Positions 7,108 to 15,739 of a stretch of 32,000 bases of DNA are shown piece after piece. Both the position numbers and the translations under genes were made by a program. The stretch covers positions 6,570-38,569 of the forward strand of contig JAVYME010000005.1 of the NCBI GenBank assembly GCA_038736825.1, in the 5' to 3' direction. A model generated the notes under the pieces. That model made no database searches. It saw only the letters and a list, made by a program, of their open reading frames with translations, and had not been told where the DNA came from. Origin of the DNA: Candidatus Iainarchaeum sp. (GTDB lineage: Archaea; Iainarchaeota; Iainarchaeia; Iainarchaeales; DTGL01). Within the stretch, counting starts at the first letter, position 1. The number at the start of each line of letters is the position of its first letter.

Positions 7108-7611
7108 ATGTATTCTGAAAGAGTTAGAAACGCTTTTTTGAAACCGCATCACATGGGCAAAATGGAAAACCCGGATGGAATCGGCACAGTAGGCAACCTT
7201 GTGTGCGGAGACGTAATGTATTTGTACATTAAAGTGGGAAAGGGCAAAAACGGAAAAGAAAAAATAAAAGACATAAAATGGGAGACTTTTGGTTGCGCTG
7301 CTGCAATCGCCACTTCCTCAACAGTGGCAGACATTGCAATTGGCAAAACACTTGAAGACGCAATTGAACTCTCCAATCAAGGAATAGTTGAAAGCCTTGG
7401 AGGTTTGCCCTCTGTAAAAGTACATTGTTCCGTGCTAGCAGTGGATGCATTGCATGAAGCAATATATGATTATTTAAAGAAAAACAAAAAACCCATTCCA
7501 GAAAAACTTGAAAAAAGGCATTTGGAAATCCAAAAGGAAATGGCTGAATTAAGGGAAAGATACAAAAACATAATTGCAGAACAGGAAAAAATGCTGAAAG
7601 GCAAAAAATGA
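7108..7611 (+). CDS. iscU: Fe-S cluster scaffold protein IscU/NifU-N type with charged C-terminal extension
   Basis: The three cluster-ligand cysteine motifs are present: VCGD, FGCAAAIATSS and HCSVLA. AGGAGA lies 9 nt upstream of the ATG at 7108. About 45 extra K/E-rich residues sit at the C-terminus. Confidence 0.88.
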   Translation: MYSERVRNAFLKPHHMGKMENPDGIGTVGNLVCGDVMYLYIKVGKGKNGKEKIKDIKWETFGCAAAIATSSTVADIAIGKTLEDAIELSNQGIVESLGGLPSVKVHCSVLAVDALHEAIYDYLKKNKKPIPEKLEKRHLEIQKEMAELRERYKNIIAEQEKMLKGKK

Positions 7612-7680
7612 GCGAATGCCAATAAAGTATTTATATCTTCCTTTTCTCCATCTTATATGTCTTTTTTTTGAGGGGGCATA

Positions 7681-10041
7681 ATGTCCAAAGAAAAAAAAGA
7701 GAAAACAACAGAAACAGTTAGCAGTGATTCAGGCAAAAAAGGCTTAGAATTGCCAAAAACAGATTTCTGGGCGTTGCTTTTAGCCTTGACAGTTGCATTA
7801 TTTGCAATTTGCGGCTTTATTGTGGGCTGGATGGGAATTCACTGGGCTATTGTTTTCCAGCCAATTCTTTTCGGTTTATTGTTTTTATTGGTTTTAAAAA
7901 AAGGCGGCCTTGGAAAAGAAGAGTTTGCTGTTCTTGCAATAGTCTTGCTTTTCGGTTATGCATTGAGAACGCAAAACTTTCAGCCAAGATTCCAGTATTT
8001 TTTTGGCTTTGACCCTTTTTTTGCTGCAAGAATGCTAGAATTCTATTTGGTTGAAGGACAACCGCCAGAAATAGACCCAATCGCTTATTTTGAATTGCCA
8101 GACCAAGACAGAGTGATTCCAACAAACGAAGCGCTTTTTTATTACATTTCCGTGGTTTTTTTCAGGCTTTTCACTGCCTTTGGCCCTTATTCTCGCGAGC
8201 TTTTAATTGAAGCAGTAAAGGTTTTTCCAGCATTCTATGGAGCAATTATTAGTGTTTTGTGCTATTTTGTTGGAAAAGAATTGTGGGGCAAAAAAGCAGG
8301 CTATGTGACTGCATTCCTTGCAGCAATAATGCCAGCATATGTTTACAGGACAACCCAGTTTGAAAGCGATTCAATGGGCTTTTTTTGGATGATTGCTGGC
8401 TTGCTGTTTTTAATTCGCGCTCTCAAAGAACCAAAACTGGACAAAAGCCATATAGTCAATGCCTTGCTTGCAGGCATATTCTTTGCAGGAATGGCTGCAA
8501 CCTGGGGTTTCTTTCTGATAATTCCAATACTGCTTATATTGTTTTTTCCTTTCGGTTTATTGCTTTTCCTTTCGCGTTCTATTAAAATTGAAGCATTTGG
8601 TTCCTTTGTGTTGCTTTACCTTCTCTCTTCAGTTGTGTTCTTTGTGCTAGTGGTTTTTTCTGATGGCTTTGGATGGATTAACACAATGTTTGATTATGCC
8701 GAGAAAGCCCTTCCTTTCTTGAATTTTAGCGGGGAAAACTTTACAAGCATTGCCATTGTAATTGTTTTCCTTGCCTTAATATTCGGCTTCTTTTTGTTCA
8801 TTTTGTTTTTTGGCACCAAACGCGCTGAAACACGGGAATCTCTTTTAAGGGGGTTGGTTGTGGCATTGCTTTACGCTGTTGTCGTGTTTTTAATAATTGC
8901 ATTAATTGATCCAAATGGGATGTTTTCTTCAAGAATAATGCCAAACGATGTTTTTATGACGACCGTTGGCGAAGAAAGCGCTGGCAACTCGCATTTCTCT
9001 TACAAGTATGGAATCCTAGTGCTTTTCGCTTATGCTGCACTCGCATTAATGCCTTTATATGTTTGGTTTAACAAGCAAGACTATCTTTCCCCAATAATTT
9101 TTCTCTGGATTGCAGCATCTCTTTTAATGGCTTGGTATAAATTAAAGTTCACTTATGCTTTTGGCTTGCCAATGGCTTTTGGCGGTGGAGCGCTCGCAGG
9201 AATGCTGTTTTTTTATTTCAAGGACTTAAAGCACTTTAAGGCAGTTGAATCAAAAATAGCGCTTTTCGCGCTTGCCTTCATGCTTTTGGCTGGAATTGCA
9301 ATGGGTGACTTTTTTGTTAGGCATCACGAGCCAAGCATTGAAACAGACATTGCTTGGAAGGAAACACTTCACTGGATGAAGGATAACACTCCAGCTAAAG
9401 CCAAATTCATGAATTGGTGGAGTTATGGGCACTGGATTACTTTTGTTTCAGGCAAAAGCGTTTTTGCAGACAACCGAAATGTTAAGTGGAATATAAGCGA
9501 TGGCGGTTATGGTAGATTCCTTATGGCGCAAGACTTGAATGAAAGCCTTGCACTTGTAAGGGAATGGAAGCCAGAATACATTCTTGTAGACAATGGCTTG
9601 TTCCAAGGGTTTGCCTCTATGGCAACTTATGCTTTCGAGACAAGGCCTGGGGATTTCAATGAGTCTGTCAAGCGGCTTTTAATGTTTGCAGACCCAAACC
9701 ACAATTTTTATCTTCCCTGTTATCTGGAAAAGGATAAGAATGCATACAATTGTTCTGGCAATTTGATTCCTGCAACCGAAATGAGCTCGAGCTTGTGGGC
9801 TGACACTTGGACTAGGGTTCCTGCAACCACGCAAAGCGGCATATCTGTTTGGTTTTACAGGGAAAAGGACAATTCTGGAATTGCCAAAATGCTTTCCACT
9901 GTTAATAATTCCACTCTTGCAAGGCTTTGGTTCCATGACCCAGAGGCAATGAAATATTTTGAAGAAGTTTACCGTTATTCTGCAGGCAATCAAGCCATAA
10001 AGATTTTCAAGGTTAAAAAAGAGGCTTTTGGCTGGAGTTAA
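7681..10041 (+). CDS. aglB: archaeal oligosaccharyltransferase AglB (STT3 family), WWSYG variant
   Basis: 786-aa protein with a multi-TM N-terminal half. It has first-loop GFDPFF and FESDS acidic motifs and NWWSYGHWITF at the position of the STT3/AglB WWDYG signature. A GAGGGGG SD lies at 7670-7676. Confidence 0.85.
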   Translation: MSKEKKEKTTETVSSDSGKKGLELPKTDFWALLLALTVALFAICGFIVGWMGIHWAIVFQPILFGLLFLLVLKKGGLGKEEFAVLAIVLLFGYALRTQNFQPRFQYFFGFDPFFAARMLEFYLVEGQPPEIDPIAYFELPDQDRVIPTNEALFYYISVVFFRLFTAFGPYSRELLIEAVKVFPAFYGAIISVLCYFVGKELWGKKAGYVTAFLAAIMPAYVYRTTQFESDSMGFFWMIAGLLFLIRALKEPKLDKSHIVNALLAGIFFAGMAATWGFFLIIPILLILFFPFGLLLFLSRSIKIEAFGSFVLLYLLSSVVFFVLVVFSDGFGWINTMFDYAEKALPFLNFSGENFTSIAIVIVFLALIFGFFLFILFFGTKRAETRESLLRGLVVALLYAVVVFLIIALIDPNGMFSSRIMPNDVFMTTVGEESAGNSHFSYKYGILVLFAYAALALMPLYVWFNKQDYLSPIIFLWIAASLLMAWYKLKFTYAFGLPMAFGGGALAGMLFFYFKDLKHFKAVESKIALFALAFMLLAGIAMGDFFVRHHEPSIETDIAWKETLHWMKDNTPAKAKFMNWWSYGHWITFVSGKSVFADNRNVKWNISDGGYGRFLMAQDLNESLALVREWKPEYILVDNGLFQGFASMATYAFETRPGDFNESVKRLLMFADPNHNFYLPCYLEKDKNAYNCSGNLIPATEMSSSLWADTWTRVPATTQSGISVWFYREKDNSGIAKMLSTVNNSTLARLWFHDPEAMKYFEEVYRYSAGNQAIKIFKVKKEAFGWS

Positions 10042-10058
10042 AGCAAAACCAGGAGGCT

Positions 10059-11063
10059 TTGTTTTTGCTTTCTTTTTTGCTTTTGTTCGCTTGCTCTTTT
10101 CTTGTTTGCTTTTTGACAGTGCCGTTTCTTGCAGAGAAAATGAGGGCTCGCGGGCTTGTAGGCAAGGACATGAACAAGCTTTCAAAACCGGAAATACCTG
10201 AAATGGGCGGCATTGCAGTATGGTTTGGCTTTTCTTCAGCAATAATGCTTTCCATTTTTTTTTATTCTTATCTTGGCAGTTTTTTTGAAATTGAATTGGA
10301 TTTGACAAAATTGCTTGCTGGTTTTGCCACGGTTTCCATGGTGGGCTTTTTGGGCTTGGTTGACGATTTGATTGGCTGGAAGAATGGCTTAAAGCAATGG
10401 CAGCATGCCTTAATTCCAATGTTTGCAGCTCTGCCACTAATGGCAATAAACATAAACAATCCACCTTTTTTCATTCCTTTTATTGGCTTGGTGGGCTTTG
10501 GAGTTTATTATTCGCTTTTGCTTGTTCCAATAGGCATAACTGGTGCAAGCAATGCCACAAACATGCTTGCCGGTTTTAACGGGCTTGAAGCAGGGCTTGG
10601 CATTCTCATAATTGGCACTCTTGCTGCACTTTTGTCCTATTCTGGTGGAATTGAAGCACTCATAATTGCAATTTCGCTTTTGGGTGCACTTACAGCGTTC
10701 CTTTACTTTAACTGGTTTCCTGCAAAAATTTTTGGCGGGGACTCATTGACTCTCATGGCTGGAGCAGGCATTGCTACAATTGCAATTCTCGGCGACTTGG
10801 AAAAAATTGCAGTCCTGTTAATGTTTCTTTTTTTTGTTGAGCTTCTTTTCAAGGCAAAACACAAATTCAAGAGCGAGTGCTTTGGCATTCCCCAAAAAGA
10901 TGGCACGCTTAAGGCTGACCCCAAAGGTGGTTCGCTCACTCACTGGGTTATGCGGCGTGGAAGGTTCACAGAACCAATGGTTGTACTAATAATTTTGGGA
11001 ATGCAAGCCATAATTTGTTTAATTGTATTCTTGCTTTCTTATTTCCAGAAAATATACATTTAA
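10059..11063 (+). CDS. aglH: polyprenyl/dolichyl-phosphate HexNAc-1-phosphate transferase (GPT/Alg7/AglH, MraY-WecA superfamily)
   Basis: Polytopic membrane protein carrying VDDLIG...NATNMLAGFNGLEAG, typical of the GT4 (MraY/WecA/GPT) family. AGGAGG lies at 10051-10056. The true start may be the in-frame TTG at 10065. Confidence 0.8.
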   Translation: MFLLSFLLLFACSFLVCFLTVPFLAEKMRARGLVGKDMNKLSKPEIPEMGGIAVWFGFSSAIMLSIFFYSYLGSFFEIELDLTKLLAGFATVSMVGFLGLVDDLIGWKNGLKQWQHALIPMFAALPLMAININNPPFFIPFIGLVGFGVYYSLLLVPIGITGASNATNMLAGFNGLEAGLGILIIGTLAALLSYSGGIEALIIAISLLGALTAFLYFNWFPAKIFGGDSLTLMAGAGIATIAILGDLEKIAVLLMFLFFVELLFKAKHKFKSECFGIPQKDGTLKADPKGGSLTHWVMRRGRFTEPMVVLIILGMQAIICLIVFLLSYFQKIYI

Positions 11064-11075
11064 ACAGGGAAAAAA

Positions 11076-11522
11076 ATGAAAATTTGCCTTGCTGCTTCAG
11101 CCGGCGGCCATTTGACTGAATTGCTTCAACTCAAGAGTGCTTGGAGGGGAAAAGAGCACTTTTATTTGACAGACAAAAGAGCCAATGGCTTGGCTTTGGC
11201 GAAAATGGAAAGGGTTTATTTTGTGGAATGCCCTAGGAGAAACCCTTTCAGGCTTCTCATCAACATATTGCAGTCATTGCTGGTTTTCATTAAGGAGAAA
11301 CCGGATTTTGTGATTAGCACTGGAGCTGACACTGCAGTTCCATTTTGCTTGATTGTAAGATTGTTTGGGAAAAAAGTCGCTTTTATTGAATCCTTTTGCA
11401 GGATAAAAGAGCCAAGCCTTAGTGGCAGAATAATGTATCGCTTTGCCAGTCTTTTCTTGGTTCAATGGAAGGAAAACCTTGAATTCTTTCCAAAAGCAGA
11501 GTTTTGTGGGAGCGTGTTCTAA
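11076..11522 (+). CDS. Alg14-like subunit of a split UDP-sugar glycosyltransferase (PssD/Cps14F family)
   Basis: The N-terminal CLAASAGGHLTELLQL motif and 148-aa size are typical of Alg14-like proteins. The stop overlaps the next start by 1 nt (TAATG). Confidence 0.75.
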   Translation: MKICLAASAGGHLTELLQLKSAWRGKEHFYLTDKRANGLALAKMERVYFVECPRRNPFRLLINILQSLLVFIKEKPDFVISTGADTAVPFCLIVRLFGKKVAFIESFCRIKEPSLSGRIMYRFASLFLVQWKENLEFFPKAEFCGSVF

Positions 11523-12004
11523 TGAGAGTTTTTGTTACTTTAGGCACTCACCCGCAACAGTTCAACAGGTTGCTGGAAAAAATAGATTTCTTGATTGAAG
11601 GAAAGAAATTGATTGCTGAGGTTTTTGCGCAAACCGGGAATTCAACCTATGTTCCAAAAAATTTTGGTTTCAGGCAATTTCTTTCCCCTGAAGATTTCTC
11701 CTTGGAATTCAAAAAAGCGGACATAATAATTTCGCATGGAGGGGCTGGAGCAATCCTCAACGCGCTTGAACACAAAAAACCGCTCATAATAGTGCCACGC
11801 TTAAAGGAATTCTCCGAGCACACTGATGACCACCAAATAGACCTTGCAAGAGCCTTGCATGAAAGGAAAAAGGCAATTGCTGTTTTTGACTTGGACGAGC
11901 TTCCGAGAGCAATTGAGAAAGCGAAAAGGTTTAAGGCTGAAAAGGAAAGCGAAAAAAAACTTCTAGTGAAAAGAATTGAACGCTTTATTGCGGGTGGAAA
12001 ATAA
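11522..12004 (+). CDS. Alg13-like catalytic subunit (glycosyltransferase family 28 C-terminal domain; PssE/Cps14G family)
   Basis: Contains MRVFVTLGTHPQQFNRLL and ISHGGAGAILNAL, typical of Alg13/MurG C-domain proteins. It is coupled by TAATG overlaps on both sides. Confidence 0.75.
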   Translation: MRVFVTLGTHPQQFNRLLEKIDFLIEGKKLIAEVFAQTGNSTYVPKNFGFRQFLSPEDFSLEFKKADIIISHGGAGAILNALEHKKPLIIVPRLKEFSEHTDDHQIDLARALHERKKAIAVFDLDELPRAIEKAKRFKAEKESEKKLLVKRIERFIAGGK

Positions 12005-12888
12005 TGGTGTTTCCAAGTGTTTCCATAATTGTTGCCACAAGGAACAGGGCAAATGCTGTTGTAAAAACAGTAAAAGGCATTCTTGCAGTCAGTTATCCCT
12101 CAAAATTTGAAGTGATTGTAATAAATGATGGGAGCACTGATAACACAAGGGAAGTGCTTGAAAAAGAGTTTGGAAAAAACAAAAAGGTTTTTTTAATCCA
12201 TTTTGACAAGAATTTCGGGGTTTGCAGGGCGCGAAATGCTGGCATCAAAAAAGCACGCTATCCAATAATAGTCAACATGGACCATGACTGCATTCCGGAA
12301 AAAGACTGGCTGAAAAAACTGGTTGAGCCTTTTTCAAATCCAAAAATCGGCATTGTTTCCAGTTATGGCGGTTATGGTGGCACTTCAACTGCTTTCAGGA
12401 AAGAGGTGGCTGAAAGAGTCGGAGGCTATGACGAAGAATACTTTTATTATCGAGAGGACACTGATTTTGCTTTCAAAATAATAGAGGCTGGCTATGAGTT
12501 TAAGGCTGTAAAGGCTGGCTATTTTCATGATCACGAGGAAACAAAACCGAAAGATTTTTTTGCACTTTTAGGCTATGCCTTGCAGCGATTGAAATACCAC
12601 CAGAACGATGTTCTCTTGTATAAAAAGCATCCAAACGAGTTAACGCGCAATTTTTTGAACATAAAATTTGGTTTTTTGGTCAGCCCTGCAGCTGATTTTG
12701 GTCTTGCCACCGGGCGGTGGAAGGGCAAGGGTGGCTTTGAGTTGAGCTCTCCGCGGGGAATAAAATTCATTGAAAACAAGTCGCCAGTGCATTTTATTGC
12801 AATTGTTTTACTGGGTTTTTTTTACATGCTTGCACTCAAAGCAACAAGGCTTTATGCTAGTGCAAGGTTTGGAAAACTGCTTTTGTGA
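12004..12888 (+). CDS. family 2 glycosyltransferase (GT-A) with C-terminal hydrophobic segment
   Basis: Has SIIVATRN...VIVINDGSTDNT...DHDCIPEKDWL and an ED acidic motif (YYREDTDF). It is a paralogue of the GT2 at 21643. Confidence 0.8.
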   Translation: MVFPSVSIIVATRNRANAVVKTVKGILAVSYPSKFEVIVINDGSTDNTREVLEKEFGKNKKVFLIHFDKNFGVCRARNAGIKKARYPIIVNMDHDCIPEKDWLKKLVEPFSNPKIGIVSSYGGYGGTSTAFRKEVAERVGGYDEEYFYYREDTDFAFKIIEAGYEFKAVKAGYFHDHEETKPKDFFALLGYALQRLKYHQNDVLLYKKHPNELTRNFLNIKFGFLVSPAADFGLATGRWKGKGGFELSSPRGIKFIENKSPVHFIAIVLLGFFYMLALKATRLYASARFGKLLL

Positions 12889-12940
12889 GTGCAAAACAAA
12901 TAAAAACATTCATTATTCACATATTTGGGGGGGTGTTATA

Positions 12941-13165
12941 ATGAAATCAGAGGTAATAGAAAAGATTGCTGCCTTAATGACTGCTGCATTTGGTTTGATT
13001 GCAGCCCTTGCATGGAATGATGCAATAAAAAGCCTTTTCGCTGAAGGCGGAGCATTGCATTTCCTTGCAGATTTTGGAATTTGGGCTTATGCTGTCTTTG
13101 TAACCATAATAGCAGTTCTGGCAACAATTTGGATTGGCAGATTGGCTGAAAAAGCAAAAAAATGA
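12941..13165 (+). CDS. small two-TM membrane protein (DUF5654-like)
   Basis: I placed the start at the ATG preceded by GGGGGGGTG (12927-12935). AAFGLIAALAWNDAIKSLF resembles the DUF5654 family as I remember it. The upstream part of tracked ORF 12770 overlaps the GT2 and looks non-coding. Confidence 0.6.
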   Translation: MKSEVIEKIAALMTAAFGLIAALAWNDAIKSLFAEGGALHFLADFGIWAYAVFVTIIAVLATIWIGRLAEKAKK

Positions 13166-13177
13166 ATTTTTTTTTAT

Positions 13178-13212
13178 GGCGGGCTTTTTTTTGCCCGCAT
13201 TGCTTTTTTTTT
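13178..13212 (+). terminator. GC hairpin followed by T-run
   Basis: The stem GGCGGGC-TTTTTTTT-GCCCGC is followed by ATTGCTTTTTTTTT, starting 13 nt after the stop at 13165. Confidence 0.5.
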
Positions 13213-13268
13213 AGGATTCCAATATTAATTTTTCCATTGTATTTTTTATTGTTTTCAGGGGATGCTGT

Positions 13269-14336
13269 TTGGTTGAAGCCTTTTTTGAATGGTTTTTTAC
13301 TGAATACCTTCAATTCGTGCTTGTATTGATAGCCATTGGTGTTTTTGCTGTTTTTTTCAGGGTTTTGTTCAAAAAATTTGCTCACCGGCTTTTGCTTGGT
13401 TTTGGAGTGGACATTCCATACCCTGTTTTGAAGCGAATTGCTAAACCGCTTTACTTCATAATAATCACGGTTGGCTTTTATTTTGCAGTTCATGTTTTGT
13501 CGCTTTCAGAGCAACAATCACAATGGGCTGGAGCTGTTGCCTTTGTTGCCTGCACTATTCTTTTTGCAGTGTTTTTTTCAAGGTTTTCAACTCTTTTGAT
13601 AGAGTACTGGCTTAAAGCCTCTAAAGGGCTTTCTAGAACGCCCAAGCTTCTTGAAAAAGTTGTATCACTAATAGTTTATTTGCTCGCTCTTTCAGCAATA
13701 TTCATTTATTTCAAGATTGAAACCACGCCGGTTATTGCTGCTTTGGGCTTGAGCGGTTTGGCAGTCGGTCTTGCCCTGCAAAGCACTCTTTCAAACCTTT
13801 TTGCAGGCATAAACATTGTTTCTGACAGGCCAATAAATGTTGGCGACTTCATAGAATTGGAAGGACAGGATATTGCGGGCTATGTTGAGGACATTGGCTG
13901 GCGTTCCACTCGCCTGAGAACCTTTAACAATGACTTTATAGTTGTGCCTAATTCAAAGCTTGCGGATTCAATAATAAAAAACCATACTGCGCCTGGCCAG
14001 TCTTTGTCGCTTTATTTCAGGTTTTCTGTTCCATTGGATTCTGATCTTGAAAAAGTGGAGAGAGTGACAACCGATGTTGCAAGGCACATTCAGAGAACCA
14101 TTCCCGGTGCAGTCAAAACATTTGAGCCATTTATTAGGTTCAAGCAATTCAATGAATATGGCGTGCCAGTATTGGTTGTAATGAAAATGGAAACATATGT
14201 GGACCAGTATCCTTTAACGCATGAATTCATAAAAGAGCTCAAGAAAAGATTCAAAAAGGAAAAACTGGAGTTGTCGCTGCCTTCAATGAGGCTTTATTCT
14301 GTGGGCAAAAACCGGGCGCCAAAAAGCAGGAAATAG
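13269..14336 (+). CDS. small-conductance mechanosensitive channel (MscS family)
   Basis: Has N-terminal TM helices followed by LGLSGLAVGLALQSTLSNLFAGINIVSDRPINVGDFIE, the MscS pore-helix/beta-domain signature. The TTG start is uncertain. Confidence 0.85.
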   Translation: MVEAFFEWFFTEYLQFVLVLIAIGVFAVFFRVLFKKFAHRLLLGFGVDIPYPVLKRIAKPLYFIIITVGFYFAVHVLSLSEQQSQWAGAVAFVACTILFAVFFSRFSTLLIEYWLKASKGLSRTPKLLEKVVSLIVYLLALSAIFIYFKIETTPVIAALGLSGLAVGLALQSTLSNLFAGINIVSDRPINVGDFIELEGQDIAGYVEDIGWRSTRLRTFNNDFIVVPNSKLADSIIKNHTAPGQSLSLYFRFSVPLDSDLEKVERVTTDVARHIQRTIPGAVKTFEPFIRFKQFNEYGVPVLVVMKMETYVDQYPLTHEFIKELKKRFKKEKLELSLPSMRLYSVGKNRAPKSRK

Positions 14337-14412
14337 GCTGGCTAATTAACTTTGCCATTTGCCTTTAAAAAAATATTCAAAAGGTTTTTTGCTTTAAATG
14401 GGTTTTTTTTGC

Positions 14413-14434
14413 AATAAGCAAAAAATTGCTTATT
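14413..14434. terminator. perfect 9-bp stem hairpin between convergent genes
   Basis: AATAAGCAA-AAAA-TTGCTTATT is flanked by T-runs on both strands. The right arm overlaps the rhodanese stop codon. Confidence 0.4.
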
Positions 14435-14759
14435 TTTCCAAGGGCAAGCCTGCGTTTTCCCATCCTTTCTTGCCTGCCTTGAAATCCAAAACCTTTTCAT
14501 ATCCAAGCTCTAAGAGAATTTTTGCAGCTTCAGTGCTGGCATTGCAAGCATAACTGGCGCAATAAACTGCAATTGTTTCGTCTTTTTTAAGGTATTCTGT
14601 GGCAATTGTCTTGATTTTTCCAAGAGGCAGGTTTATTGCTTCTGGAAGGTGTCCTGCTGCAAAGTTTTCCTCGGAAAGGACTTCCACGAGCTTGAATTTT
14701 TTCCCGTTTGCCTTCATTTCAAGCAGTTCTTCAATTGTAATGAACTTCACATCAGCCAA
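14430..14759 (-). CDS. single-domain rhodanese-like sulfurtransferase
   Basis: 109 aa. EENFAAGHLPEAINLP and the active-site loop VYCASYACNAS are typical of rhodanese-fold proteins. Confidence 0.75.
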   Translation of the reverse strand: MADVKFITIEELLEMKANGKKFKLVEVLSEENFAAGHLPEAINLPLGKIKTIATEYLKKDETIAVYCASYACNASTEAAKILLELGYEKVLDFKAGKKGWENAGLPLEK

Positions 14760-14801
14760 AAAAACACCCTTTTATTTAACCAATATTAAAATGCTCATTA
14801 T

Positions 14802-15710
14802 TTAAATTTTACTTGCGGCTTTTTTTTGGTTTTTCCCAAAAACCACGAGATAAATTCCCGCTGCAACCAGTATTGTGCCGCCAATCAGGGTTTCAACTGC
14901 AATTGCTTCAGAAAGCACAATGAAAGCAAGAATTATTGAAAAAACCGGGTTTATGATTGTCATTATTATGGATGCTTCCTCTGCCTCTATCCTTTGAAGG
15001 CCAAAATTGTAGAAAAGATAGGCTGCACCTGTAGAAACAAAACCTATTGCGAGCAGGAAAGGCCAAACCTGAACCCAGTTCCCGAAACCGAAAGCGAAAG
15101 GCACAGGCAATAATGCCAGTGAGGCGAAAAAGAACTGCCACATTACATTGCCTATGTTGTGCCCCTTGTTTTCTTTCCTCATTTCCACTACCACTAGCGC
15201 CCAAAGGACTGCGCTTATCAATGCCATGCTGTTGCCAAAAGTGTGAGCGCTTGGCTGGAAAGGGTTAAGAACAGCAATGCCGGCAATTGCCATGCTTGCA
15301 GCAATGACTTTTTGCCTGTTCAAGTGTTCGCCAAGCAATGGTCCTGCAAGAATAAAAACAAAAAAAGGGTAAACGGAGTGCAATAAAACCACATTTTGAA
15401 CTGGAGCGAACTGGAAAGCCCAAACATAAGTTATTGCACCCAATGTCCAAAGCACTCCTGCAAAAAAATAATCCCTCACATCCTTTCTGGTGAGCCTGAA
15501 TGCTTTTTTGTCAATGAATGGCACTGTAAGGAAAAGAAAAATTGCTCCAAAGAAAACCCTGCAAAACATTATAGTCATGAAATGCGCATTGCTTCCAATC
15601 AGCTTGACAAGAATTCCCACGGTGGCTATGAGCATTGACCCTAGGCCAAGCGCGAGATGGCTGCGCATGGAATAAAGCTGCTTTGAAGTGGCAGAAAAAA
15701 GCCAATGCAT
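14802..15710 (-). CDS. EamA/DMT-superfamily transporter
   Basis: About 10 predicted TM segments in two EamA-like halves. The ATG at 15710 sits 24 nt from a TTTAAA box. An alternative ATG lies at 15668. Confidence 0.75.
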   Translation of the reverse strand: MHWLFSATSKQLYSMRSHLALGLGSMLIATVGILVKLIGSNAHFMTIMFCRVFFGAIFLFLTVPFIDKKAFRLTRKDVRDYFFAGVLWTLGAITYVWAFQFAPVQNVVLLHSVYPFFVFILAGPLLGEHLNRQKVIAASMAIAGIAVLNPFQPSAHTFGNSMALISAVLWALVVVEMRKENKGHNIGNVMWQFFFASLALLPVPFAFGFGNWVQVWPFLLAIGFVSTGAAYLFYNFGLQRIEAEEASIIMTIINPVFSIILAFIVLSEAIAVETLIGGTILVAAGIYLVVFGKNQKKAASKI

Positions 15711-15733
15711 AACCTGAAAATAAAGCGTTGCCC

Positions 15734-15739
15734 TTTAAA
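15734..15739. promoter_or_regulatory. palindromic TATA box (TTTAAA) shared by divergent leaderless genes
   Basis: TTTAAA is centred exactly on the midpoint (15736.5) between start codons 15710 (minus strand) and 15763 (plus strand), 23-24 nt from each. Confidence 0.45.

Noticed and set aside
5953-7152. Long antisense ORFs (196 and 201 aa) opposite iscS/iscU
   Set aside because: The sense strand carries unmistakable IscS/IscU motifs. The antisense products are low-complexity (F/S/L-rich) shadows of a Lys/Glu-rich coding strand.
9679-10464. 261-aa minus-strand ORF spanning the aglB/aglH junction
   Set aside because: It overlaps two well-supported plus-strand genes. Its composition (K/Q/P/S-rich, no motifs) is typical of a shadow ORF.
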